This document shows, piece by piece, positions 1 to 9,221 of a stretch of 64,000 nt of DNA. The translations under genes and the position numbers were made by a program. The stretch comes from an uncultured Nitrospinota bacterium (GTDB lineage: Bacteria; Tectomicrobia; Entotheonellia; J063; CAVPRW01), in NCBI GenBank assembly GCA_963707985.1, contig CAVPRW010000010.1, positions 96,001 through 160,000 of the forward strand, in the 5' to 3' direction. The notes beneath the pieces are model-generated. The model worked only from the letters and a program-made list of their open reading frames with translations, was not told where the DNA came from and searched no databases. Position 1 is the first letter of the stretch; each line of letters opens with the position of its first letter.

Positions 1-614
1 GCGTTCAGCTGGACAACGGTGCGTTCGCACACCGGCAGGGCCACATGGGAGTCGAGCAACGTGTCCCCATGGCCGGGGAAATGCTTGCCGACGGCGATGA
101 CGCCGGCCGCGTGCAGACCACGCATCAAGGCTGTCCCGAGGCGCGCCACCGTGTGCGGGTCAGTGCTGAAGGCGCGATCGCCAATGACCGTATTGTCTGG
201 GTTGGAGTGCACATCCAGGACAGGTGCCATATCCATTGTGATGCCGACGGCAGACAACTCGGTCGCGAGGGCTCTACCGACGTTGCAGGTAAGCTCCTCC
301 GAGCCGGTCTGGCCCACCATGGCTGCACTAGGAAAGGCGGTGAAAGGGGCCTTGAGACGTGCCACCCGTCCGCCTTCCTGATCGACAGCGATGAGTAAAG
401 GCGGATGGCCGCGAGCGCGCACCGCCGTCTGTAGACCCTGGGTCAGCGCAAGCAACTGGGCTGGCGAACCGACATTGCGGCCAAAGATGATCACCCCGCC
501 CCAGCCATAGGTCGCCAGCCACACCTCGAGCTCGGACGTCATCGCCATCCCCTCAAAGCCAACGACAAAGAGCTGACCAATCTTTTCCGCCAGCGACATG
601 GACACTTCAGCCAT
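1..614 (-). CDS. nagZ: Beta-N-acetylhexosaminidase, GH3 (3' end cut by window edge)
   Basis: Manual minus-strand translation from ATG 614: MAEVSMSLAEKIGQLFVVGF...IAVDQEGGRV...GKHFPGHGD, the NagZ signature motifs. Not in the ORF track. Confidence 0.92.
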   Translation of the reverse strand, partial: MAEVSMSLAEKIGQLFVVGFEGMAMTSELEVWLATYGWGGVIIFGRNVGSPAQLLALTQGLQTAVRARGHPPLLIAVDQEGGRVARLKAPFTAFPSAAMVGQTGSEELTCNVGRALATELSAVGITMDMAPVLDVHSNPDNTVIGDRAFSTDPHTVARLGTALMRGLHAAGVIAVGKHFPGHGDTLLDSHVALPVCERTVVQLN

Positions 615-951
615 GGTAGCCGATCTCCGACGTGCTGTAGGTACTCGCACCCATATTCCTAGCGCTTCAGCGCTACGAAGAGATCAGAGAGCTTTGTTGT
701 TCCACCCCTGCCGTGTGATATCGTGCGCCAGGCGCGTAGCGCCCGGATGGCCGATACGGACTTTACGCGCCGCAGTTGAGGATATCACCATTTGGGTATT
801 CATGTGGGCCTGTTTGTCTGCATCAATGGCGAACTCCGGGAAAGTCTAGCACTGAGGATCGAGAGCCGTGACTATGTATTGACTCGTAATCTCTACCTTC
901 CTCGGCGGAGCCTTGCGGGCCGGCTCTGCATGACGAAAGACGCTGGCCAGG

Positions 952-2145
952 TCACACCCGATGGCCAAAATCCTCGGGCAAGACGTATTCATATGGACCA
1001 CAGATCGGCTGGTCTTCTTGAAAGCGGCTGAAGCGAAAGGGGGTGATGTCGACGAACGTCGCTTGCCCTTGTGTGATCAATTCGGCCATGCAGGCCCCTA
1101 CCGCTGGAGAAATTTTAAAACCGGTGCCGCTGAAACCTGCTGCCAGATACAACCCCTCAATCCCCGGAGCACGATCGAGGATAGCACGCGAATCGGGGCT
1201 GACGTCGTAGATCCCCGCATGCCCTCGTTCGTATTCGGCCTGTTGCAAGGCTGGAATACGACGTGCGGCTTTGGCCTTGGCCGCTGGGATGAAGTCGGCA
1301 TCGTTGGCTTCGTTATAGTGATCGGGGTCAGGGGGCGGCTCGGGCCGCCAGCTGCCGACTCCAATCAAGCTCAAGCCTGAGCCATGGGGCCGGAAATAGG
1401 CACCCACGGCAGCATCGATGAACACCATATGTCCCTGTGCCAACGGCGGTGGTCGATGATAGAACGCGATCTGCGCCCGCTGCGGTGTGAGGGGCAAGTC
1501 GATAGCGACCATGCGTAGCAACCGATCCGACCATGGGCCTGCCATGACGACGACGACTGAGGCCTCGAAGTGGCCGTCGGTGGTGTCGACCCCAATGACG
1601 CGCCCACCCCTAGTACGGATGGCCGTGACGGCGACACCTTCACGCAAGGTCGCGCCCTGCCGCTGTGCTTGCTGCATGAACGCCGTGGCTGTGGCACGGG
1701 GGTCGGCATAGCCGCTTTCCGGCTCGTACGCGGCCACCGTGAGATCGTCGACCAGGGTAAACGGTTGCAGCTCACGCAGCTCTTGAGCGGTGAGCACCGA
1801 GGTCACGACGCCCAGCCGCTGCAGCATCTGCACGTTATGGCGCAGTCGATCAGCGTTATCGGGGGTCACGGTCATGATGAACCCTGTCTGGGTGAAGCCA
1901 CATGTGCCGCCCACCATATCCTGCCAGTGCTGAAAGTAACGCAGCGCGGCAAAGGCCATGCGCGCCTCGGGCTCATACGTGTAGTGCATGCGCACTAGGG
2001 CCCCGGACTTGGCGGTCATACCGCCGCACAATCCTGTTTTGTCCAGCACCGTGACAGACCTCATGCCGGCGCGGGTGAGGTGAAACGCTAGGCTGGCTCC
2101 CATCACCCCGGCGCCAATGATAATCGCCTCTGCGGTTCCTGGCAC
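952..2145 (-). CDS. FAD-dependent oxidoreductase, DAO/sarcosine oxidase beta family
   Basis: GAGVMG Rossmann motif; YEPESGYADP; GFSGTGFKISPAVG. Confidence 0.88.
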   Translation of the reverse strand: MPGTAEAIIIGAGVMGASLAFHLTRAGMRSVTVLDKTGLCGGMTAKSGALVRMHYTYEPEARMAFAALRYFQHWQDMVGGTCGFTQTGFIMTVTPDNADRLRHNVQMLQRLGVVTSVLTAQELRELQPFTLVDDLTVAAYEPESGYADPRATATAFMQQAQRQGATLREGVAVTAIRTRGGRVIGVDTTDGHFEASVVVVMAGPWSDRLLRMVAIDLPLTPQRAQIAFYHRPPPLAQGHMVFIDAAVGAYFRPHGSGLSLIGVGSWRPEPPPDPDHYNEANDADFIPAAKAKAARRIPALQQAEYERGHAGIYDVSPDSRAILDRAPGIEGLYLAAGFSGTGFKISPAVGACMAELITQGQATFVDITPFRFSRFQEDQPICGPYEYVLPEDFGHRV

Positions 2146-2315
2146 GGACTCCCTCCTTCACCACTTGCACCGTTAGACGGTTCCTGCAAGCTCCGACACC
2201 AGTCGTCCGACCGAGTGCGCGGCCTCACCGTCTCCCCTCTTTTCCTTCTATCAGAGTCCTCCCCACAAAGCAATCGAGCAGTTATAAAGCGATCAGTGGA
2301 AATGTCACGCCCCTC

Positions 2316-2350
2316 TTGACCGGTGAGCTGGTGATGTGTATATTCACATC
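2316..2350 (+). promoter_or_regulatory. Sigma70 promoter with overlapping palindromic operator
   Basis: TTGACC-17 bp-TATATT; GATGTG-TATATT-CACATC inverted repeat centred on the -10. Confidence 0.65.
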
Positions 2351-2422
2351 TTAAATTACAATTGACGTTAAAATTAACAAAACAGAATTTTTTTCTTGCT
2401 TGTAGAAAAAGGAAGGTGTACG

Positions 2423-3406
2423 ATGCCTACTCGTATCTCGCGTGAGCACAAGGGAGACCTCCTCCTGGAATGTGCCCGGCTGCATTACATCGACAAATTG
2501 AACAAGACGGAGATTGCCGCCCGGTTACAAATTTCAGGTACCCATGTCGCACGTTTATTGCGCGAGGCGGAGGACGCTGGCATCGTCGAGATTTCCGTCA
2601 GATTGCCAGCGGATCATGACAAACTCGAAGCCGAGTTGCAAGAACGTTTTGGGCTCCTGGCCGTGAAAGTGGTCGATTTCAGCGATGACTATGAGCATTT
2701 GCTGAAAAACTTGGGGCGGGGCGGCGCAGCACTATTTGAGGAGATTTGCCAGATCCGCTGGGGTGTGCGGGTTGGCTTGGGGGGTGGAATCACCCTCTAC
2801 GAGGTGGTGGAAGCCCTGGAAACCAAGCCGAGGCAGATCGAGCTCTACCCCCTCACGCTGGTGGGGCGCGGACCGGAGCTCGAACACGTCGATAGCGTGT
2901 TTCTGGTCACAGCGTTGTACTTCAAGTCCAGGCCTGGGGCTAAAGCGTTCGTGGTAGGTGTGCCCCCACTCCCCCAGAGCCGACTGAAGGCCCAGAAGTT
3001 TACCGCTGATCTGCTCACCGAGGTCGATGAAGTGCGTGAAGTATATCAGGCAGCCCGAGATGTCGAAGTCGCCTTTGTTGGACTGAATGCCTTGCCACCT
3101 GACCGTGGCATGCTGAAGGAGTTCAGTAAGGTCGGCTTGGAGCTGAAAACCCTCAAGGCTAAAGGTGGGGTGGGGGTCATCAACTACAACAACTTCGATG
3201 GTCAGGGGCAACAGATCGGCGAATATTTCCTGTCCGTCTCCATCCAGGACCTTAAGGAGATGTCCAGGAGCGCTGAGAAAAATGTGGTACTGGTGTCGGG
3301 TGGATTGCACAAGTTTGAGGCAATTAAAGTGGCATTGGCGACCAGGATGTTCAATATGCTGGTCACCGATCAACGCACAGCACAGAAGCTAGCAACAATG
3401 CCCTAG
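2423..3406 (+). CDS. SorC/DeoR-family sugar-binding transcriptional regulator
   Basis: N-terminal HTH (ARLHYIDKLNKTEIAARLQIS..VARLL), GLGGGITL, sugar-binding domain ending LVTD; RBS GGAAGG before ATG 2423. Confidence 0.9.
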   Translation: MPTRISREHKGDLLLECARLHYIDKLNKTEIAARLQISGTHVARLLREAEDAGIVEISVRLPADHDKLEAELQERFGLLAVKVVDFSDDYEHLLKNLGRGGAALFEEICQIRWGVRVGLGGGITLYEVVEALETKPRQIELYPLTLVGRGPELEHVDSVFLVTALYFKSRPGAKAFVVGVPPLPQSRLKAQKFTADLLTEVDEVREVYQAARDVEVAFVGLNALPPDRGMLKEFSKVGLELKTLKAKGGVGVINYNNFDGQGQQIGEYFLSVSIQDLKEMSRSAEKNVVLVSGGLHKFEAIKVALATRMFNMLVTDQRTAQKLATMP

Positions 3407-3556
3407 CGCGATGTGGGGTGACCCCAGGCACAGCGTGTGCCTGGGTCGCGTGTCGGCGGGGCGATGAATGGTGATGGTCGGGCGTCTGTTGACGCCTGAC
3501 CGTGACGAATGCTCCATGACGGTGAGGTTGGAGCAAGCATAGGGGGGTGGGCGCTG

Positions 3557-3739
3557 ATGTTAGGCAAAGAGGAAGTTGAATCCATCCTGAATCAGCTGAA
3601 GCAGCAATGGGGGAATGACCCGAATTGGGAGCAGCTCCTCAGAGATGTGTATGTTGGCATCGCCCGTGCCGATGGAGGGGTGGCCATGGGTAGCCTCGAT
3701 GCTCGGGTCATCAGTCTTATCCAGCAACACCAAAAGTAG
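3557..3739 (+). CDS. Small hypothetical protein (60 aa)
   Basis: MLGKEEVESILNQLKQQWGNDPNWEQLLRD...; protein-like composition, co-oriented with neighbours. Confidence 0.5.
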   Translation: MLGKEEVESILNQLKQQWGNDPNWEQLLRDVYVGIARADGGVAMGSLDARVISLIQQHQK

Positions 3740-3890
3740 TCAGTGTGAGGTTTGGCTCTGGTGGGTCGACGCAAAGACCCGCTGGAGCCTGCCGAGCGAG
3801 TGGCCCTGAGTGTGTATGGGCTGTTCGAAGTCCCTTTGATTCTTTCGCCAGCGACGAGCCAGCGAGATGTGCACAAAAGGAGAGCAGATC

Positions 3891-5180
3891 ATGGCAGAGA
3901 AGAAAGTCGGCCAAGTAATTACGCGCCCAGGGCGCACAGTCAATCATCCCGACGTCACGATTCGCATCCCTGAGGATCTGATGACCGTCCCGGGAGCTCC
4001 CATCCGCCAAAACGAGGTGGATTTTTATAGTCGAGAGTATCCGATCGAAAGCCAGAATATCGACTATAGCGCCGACCGACAATGGGCCACAACCGTGTTA
4101 ACTCCGGAAGCGTACGCCCATCGTAAGGAACATGAACAGCTGAACGCACCCCTGGTGGAGGCTGCACGCCACACGGGCGATATCGAACCCACGGTGGGAC
4201 CGAATCTCGACGTCGAGCCGTCGGCGGTGACTGAGGCCATCCGCCAAAAAGCCCGCGAGATGGGCTTCGCGGAAGTAGGTTTTACCTACCTGAATCGCGA
4301 TTATATCTATAAGAGCAAGAAGCGCTGGGTTCGTTTCGATCACGTGATTTGTTTGGCCATGGAGCAGGATTACGAACCGACCCAAACGATCCCCAGCATG
4401 GATGCCGAGCACACCCATTTCGGCACGTATCGCACCGAAGGGGCGGTGGGATTGGAATTGGCCGATTGGATTCGCTCGCTCGGGTACCATGCGCAGATTC
4501 ATAGCCCCAATGACAACAGCGGTGCCTACATCCCGATGTTCGTGGAGGCAGGCCTGGGCCAGTTGGGGGCCAATGGACAATTGTTGTCACCACACTTTGG
4601 CTCGCGCGCCCGTTTGATGATGATCAGCACCGATGCCCCGGTGGTGTATGATGCACCCATCGATTATGGCATCCATAAGTTCTGCCAAGAGTGCCAGGTC
4701 TGCGTGCAGCGTTGCCCGGCGCGTGCCCTGATGAAAGAGAAGATCTGGTATCGTGGCGTTGAAAAGAACAAACTGATCTACAAACGCTGTCGGCCGGTCA
4801 TGGCTCGTTATTTGGGCTGCGGTATCTGCATGAAGGTCTGCCCGATCCAGAAATTCGGCCTGCAGGCGGTGATGGAGCATTATATCGAGACTGGTGGCGA
4901 GATCTTGGGCAAGGGCACACACCAGCTCGAAGGCTATACGATTGAAGATAAAGGTTATTTTGGTCCTGGCGAGCTGCCAACCTTCGACCCAGAGATCTTC
5001 GACATGCCGCACGGGAAAGTCGAAGACGTCCTGTTCGAAGACCTGAAGCTGAAGCTCTTAACGAATCAGGTGGCGGAAGGAACCGAGGGCGACTCAGTCC
5101 TACGCGATTTTGCGCACAAGGTGAAAGACTATGTGAAGTCCCATGATATGAATTGGGAAAAATATGGTGAGGAGGCCTAA
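3891..5180 (+). CDS. Reductive dehalogenase (RdhA)/QueG-like cobalamin and 2x[4Fe-4S] protein
   Basis: AGLGQLGANGQLLSPHFGSRARL..STDAP..DAPID; CQECQVCVQRCP; C..GCGICMKVCP; RBS AGGAGAG; no Tat signal. Confidence 0.8.
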   Translation: MAEKKVGQVITRPGRTVNHPDVTIRIPEDLMTVPGAPIRQNEVDFYSREYPIESQNIDYSADRQWATTVLTPEAYAHRKEHEQLNAPLVEAARHTGDIEPTVGPNLDVEPSAVTEAIRQKAREMGFAEVGFTYLNRDYIYKSKKRWVRFDHVICLAMEQDYEPTQTIPSMDAEHTHFGTYRTEGAVGLELADWIRSLGYHAQIHSPNDNSGAYIPMFVEAGLGQLGANGQLLSPHFGSRARLMMISTDAPVVYDAPIDYGIHKFCQECQVCVQRCPARALMKEKIWYRGVEKNKLIYKRCRPVMARYLGCGICMKVCPIQKFGLQAVMEHYIETGGEILGKGTHQLEGYTIEDKGYFGPGELPTFDPEIFDMPHGKVEDVLFEDLKLKLLTNQVAEGTEGDSVLRDFAHKVKDYVKSHDMNWEKYGEEA

Positions 5181-5231
5181 CCTCTCGCGCTTATAGCTGT
5201 CCTAACCCAGGCATTGGTTGCTGCCTGGCTC

Positions 5232-5262
5232 AAAGGGGGGGTACTCTGGTATCCCCCTTTTT
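5232..5262 (+). terminator. Probable intrinsic terminator
   Basis: AAAGGGGG..TAC-tctg-GTA..CCCCCTTTTT stem-loop with U-tract, ~50 nt after the RdhA-like stop. Confidence 0.6.
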
Positions 5263-5363
5263 GTGCTTACGCCTCCTCTAGGCCTGTTGACTCGCTGCAG
5301 GGCGCCTCTCGCCGCGGTCCTCCGAGAAATTCCAAAGGTTGCCTGGCAAGGATGTCCCGCCGG

Positions 5364-5392
5364 TTGGCAAGCATGGTCGTGCATGCTATACT
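5364..5392 (+). promoter_or_regulatory. Sigma70 promoter with extended -10
   Basis: TTGGCA-17 bp-TATACT preceded by TGc; AGCATG..CATGCT inverted repeat in the spacer. Confidence 0.55.
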
Positions 5393-5457
5393 GCGCCTGT
5401 CCAATCGTTGCTCGCCTTCGAGCGTAGTATACTAGGACTGGGGGATGCTTCCCGACC

Positions 5458-6384
5458 ATGGGCAATGAATGCATTGTCGATATTTTCGCCCAGGTGTACA
5501 GGACGGTAGAAATCGGACGTCAAGCGATGCAGAGCCGGGCGCGCCCGCAGCCTTGGGACGGGGTTATCGACGAACTTCGGGCGACCATGCGTGACGCTGG
5601 CATCTGGCGGTCGGTCATCACCACGATCACCCCGACACAGACGATGCGCGAGCAAGCGCTAGCTCTGTTACCTCCTGATTTATCCCGCGAATCACGTCAG
5701 AAAGCCGAAGCCGAAATCCGCGAGCGTATGCTGCAGCGCATGGATCATAATAATTTGTGGGGATGTGAGGTCGGCCGCACCTGTTCCGAGTTCCTGCCGT
5801 TTATCAACCTCGACCCCCTGTTGATGGATGCGGTGATGATCCGGCAAAAGGTCCGCGAGGCTGTGAGCAAGGGTGCTCGTGGCATCGTGCTGCACCCCGC
5901 GCTACACGGGTTTTACGGCAACGACCGTCGTGTCTGGCCGGTCTACGAGATGGCACAATCGTTCCAGCTACCGATCCTCTCCCAGGCAGGCGATGCGGGT
6001 CCTCTCCCTCCAGGTGGACGCGGCCACTGGGGGCGACCACGCTACTTCGGTGATGTGGCGGCGGCGTTTCCCAAGCTGAGACTCATTTTGGGGCATCTGG
6101 GGAAAGGGTATGAATCGGAGATCGCCGTCCTGACCCGGCGCTATCCCAATGTCTACACCGAAACATCGATGCGTCTCAGTGGTCTTGACGAGGTGGGTAG
6201 GTGGACGCCTGCTGAGGCGGTTACCTGGTTCCGCCTCATCGGCATCGATCGCATCCTCTTTGGCACCAAATGGCCGCTGTTCGACACTCAACAAGGCATA
6301 GACACCCTCCGCAAGCTACCCCTGGCCCCGGAAGAAAAGCGCAAAATCCTCGGGGAAAATGCCAAACGAGCCCTGCAATTATAA
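5458..6384 (+). CDS. Amidohydrolase_2-fold protein with degenerate metal ligands
   Basis: GARGIVLHP, FPKLRLILGHLG, PNVYTETS, RILFGTKWP, KILGENA match the family; several ligand positions are substituted. Confidence 0.82.
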   Translation: MGNECIVDIFAQVYRTVEIGRQAMQSRARPQPWDGVIDELRATMRDAGIWRSVITTITPTQTMREQALALLPPDLSRESRQKAEAEIRERMLQRMDHNNLWGCEVGRTCSEFLPFINLDPLLMDAVMIRQKVREAVSKGARGIVLHPALHGFYGNDRRVWPVYEMAQSFQLPILSQAGDAGPLPPGGRGHWGRPRYFGDVAAAFPKLRLILGHLGKGYESEIAVLTRRYPNVYTETSMRLSGLDEVGRWTPAEAVTWFRLIGIDRILFGTKWPLFDTQQGIDTLRKLPLAPEEKRKILGENAKRALQL

Positions 6385-6625
6385 AATTTGATGCACATCA
6401 AACTCAAGGTTGAAGACTCTCTTGCTGCGTTGACTCCTTTGGCTGAGTGTTGTGTATGGTGACGTGGGGATGACCAACTGAGAGATGGTGGTAGGCATCT
6501 TTATCGGCCCACACATGATTGGGACCCGCCGGGCCAACCTCAGGCGTCAACTGAATCTGTGCCAGACAGACCTTATTCACCATACGTTATGGCATCATGT
6601 CGTAGCGCTGGAGTCATATGTGTGT

Positions 6626-7528
6626 TTAGCGACTGGTGATGATCCGACTCATCACCAGTCCGAGTGCTAGGAGGACACCGAATTGCAAATGCAGTTGGGA
6701 CGAGCCGCGCAACGCCTGATTGAGGGTGGAACGGGTCTTGGCGGACGTGATCAGGCGCGTTGTCGCAGAGGCTTGCGGGAGCGCTAGCAGCACCAGCAAT
6801 ACGGGAAAAACCACCGGCCTGGCCACGGCCCACAGCAGGACACTGACATATGCCCCAGCCACGAGTAGCACAAATGTCCACAGCCCAAACTTGTCACCAA
6901 ATCGGCTAACTGGGGTGATCTTCCCCGTCTGACGATCCTCCTCGATATCCCGCAGGTCATTGACCACCAGAATGGCCGTAACCAGACATGCAACCGGCAC
7001 CCCCGCGAGGAAGGCTTGAGCGGTGAGCGCCGCCGTCTGCACGTAGTAGGTCGCCGCGACCATCAGCAGGCCCATAAAGACAAACACTAACGGCTGCCCG
7101 AGACCAAGATTGCCCAAAGGCATCGGACCTGCGCTGTAGCTATAGGCGACTAGCAAACTGGCAACACAGCATAGCAGCAGCGCCCAACTGCTGACCAGCA
7201 CCAGATAGAAGCCGATGCCCGTCGCCACTCCAAAGCTCAGGACAGCTCCGGCACGCACGGCCTGGGGGGACAGCAGCCCCAAGGCAATGACTTTGTAGGG
7301 GGCCAACAGCTTGCCCTGACTTCCGGCCTTCTCGTGATCGGTATACTCGTCCACCAAGTTGGTGCCGATCTGCACAAGCACTGATCCCAAGAGGGTCAGG
7401 ACAAAGCGCAGGCCGACAAAGTAGCCATCGTGGAAGGCCAGCGCCGTCCCCACCAGCACGGGCACGACTGAGGCCGGTAGCGTAAACGGGCGGATAGCCC
7501 ACAACCATGACCTCAGCGACTGTGCCAT
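6626..7528 (-). CDS. menA: 1,4-dihydroxy-2-naphthoate octaprenyltransferase
   Basis: RPFTLPAS, NLVDEYTD, NDLRDIEEDRQTGK UbiA-family motifs; adjacent to menB. Confidence 0.9.
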   Translation of the reverse strand: MAQSLRSWLWAIRPFTLPASVVPVLVGTALAFHDGYFVGLRFVLTLLGSVLVQIGTNLVDEYTDHEKAGSQGKLLAPYKVIALGLLSPQAVRAGAVLSFGVATGIGFYLVLVSSWALLLCCVASLLVAYSYSAGPMPLGNLGLGQPLVFVFMGLLMVAATYYVQTAALTAQAFLAGVPVACLVTAILVVNDLRDIEEDRQTGKITPVSRFGDKFGLWTFVLLVAGAYVSVLLWAVARPVVFPVLLVLLALPQASATTRLITSAKTRSTLNQALRGSSQLHLQFGVLLALGLVMSRIITSR

Positions 7529-7536
7529 GACCTGTC

Positions 7537-8338
7537 CTACCAGGGATGATGGCGATACTTGGAAAAATCCGGCTGGCGTTTCTCGGTGAAGGCGCGGCGG
7601 CCTTCCTTCGATTCTTCCGTGGTGTAGAAGAGCGACGTGGCGCCGTGTGCGATGGCTTGCAAACCGTAGACATAGTCTGTATCCGCGTTGAAAGAGTACT
7701 TCAAGAATCGCAGCGCCGATGGACTTTTCGACAACATCTCACGACACCAGGCCTTGGTCTCTTCCATGAGTTGTTCGACGGGCACAACTGTGTTCACTAG
7801 CCCCATGTGGTAGGCTTCCTCGGCTGTATACTGTCGACAGAGGTACCAGAATCTCGCGAGCTCGTTTCTGGCCGACCATACGGGCGAGCTGGATCGAGCC
7901 AAAGCCGGCGTCGAAGCTCCCTACCTTTGGGCCGGTCTGACCGAATTTGGCGCGGCTCGAGGCGATCGTCAAATCACACAGCACGTGCAGGACGTGTCCC
8001 CCGCCAATGCAATAACCATCCACCATGGCCACCACGGGCTTGGGGATCTCCCGGATCAAGCGGTGGAGCTCGCGCACGTGCAGCCGTGGCATACCGCTCG
8101 TGTCGTTGTACCCTCCTTCACCGCGGATTTTCTGATCCCCACCCGTGCAAAAATGCCCTTGGGCCCCGCTCAACACCACGACACCAATCGTGTCATCGTG
8201 CCAGGCGTCTTCGAAGGCCGCCAGCATCTCGTCGATCGTGAGGGGTCGAAAGGCATTGAGCACCTGAGGACGATTGATGGTCACCCATGCGACGCCGTCA
8301 GCTTTGGTATAGAGAATATCCTGAAAATCTTGCGTCAT
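7537..8338 (-). CDS. menB: 1,4-dihydroxy-2-naphthoyl-CoA synthase (one +1 frameshift near 7850)
   Basis: [39 protein letters not shown], then [19 protein letters not shown] in the next frame; removing one base at gagattctgg restores E-I-W. Confidence 0.93.
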
Positions 8339-8904
8339 GATCGCTCTCCGTCATCAGCTCCGCTCTGCTGTGACACGCATGCCCAGAAGCGCTCTGGTCC
8401 CACGCTACAGGCAAACAAGCCGCTCCGCTTGGGGGAAGTCATACACGTTACTTGATCATCCAGGCAGCCTGGGCAACGTAGCAAGGCCTTGAGTGGCGGG
8501 AACCAGCGGGAGCACCCTAACATAGTCAGGGATGAAAAGCAAGGCAATCGCCCCGGCGCAGGCGCGTCCACGGACGTCGACCTGGGTGGCTTGGTTGATT
8601 TTACCACGCGGTCAAGCTAATATGGCTGCGATAGCCGAGCGTACCCTCGTCTCGAGCGTCGAGTCAGGGCACAGCAGCTTTCCGTCGCCATCGCGCAGTA
8701 CCATGCGGCGCGATCTCACCCTTTCCCGAACACTCCGCCATTAGGGAAAAGGGCAGGGTGGGGAGGGCTAAAACCTGAGACGGATATATGGCGCGTATCA
8801 CGAAGCGTCCATGATGGCGCTTGCCCACCCCCTGTGTACCGGGGGTTCATAGGCATTCGTGGAGGAGAGAGGGTTCCTGGGTCCCCCTATGTGGAGGTTG
8901 TACG

Positions 8905-9207
8905 ATGGATACACCCCCGATGATTGAGGTGATTTGTCCCTGTTGCCAGGCGCGCCTGAGCATCGACCTCGGTCTCAAAGTGGTCATACATCACGAAGCT
9001 GCAGCGAAAGCGACACCGACGATGGACCTCAAGGAAGCACTCGGTGCCTTGAAATCCCAGGCCACTCGGCGCGAGGCCCAATTTCAACAGGCGCTTGCCG
9101 CCGAGCGCGGCAAAGGCAAGGTGTTAGCGCGTAAGTTTGAAGAATCTCTGAAGAAAGCCAAAGAAGACCCCTCGGCACCGCCACTTCGCCCTATCGACTT
9201 CGAATAA
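8905..9207 (+). CDS. Hypothetical protein with N-terminal CPCC motif and coiled-coil C-terminus
   Basis: IEVICPCCQARLSID...; RBS GGAGG; 14 nt upstream of the squalene synthase gene. Confidence 0.7.
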   Translation: MDTPPMIEVICPCCQARLSIDLGLKVVIHHEAAAKATPTMDLKEALGALKSQATRREAQFQQALAAERGKGKVLARKFEESLKKAKEDPSAPPLRPIDFE

Positions 9208-9221
9208 GGAGCTGCTGTCCT

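Noticed and set aside
19..849. Plus-strand ORFs at the window start
   Set aside because: Antisense shadows of nagZ, which has clear motifs on the minus strand.
952..2145. Calling the FAD oxidoreductase thiO (absent from thiSGE)
   Set aside because: Motifs fit the sarcosine-oxidase-beta-like group and it lies ~28 kb from the thi operon; no specific support.
3891..5180. Organohalide respiration
   Set aside because: No Tat signal and no rdhB anchor gene.
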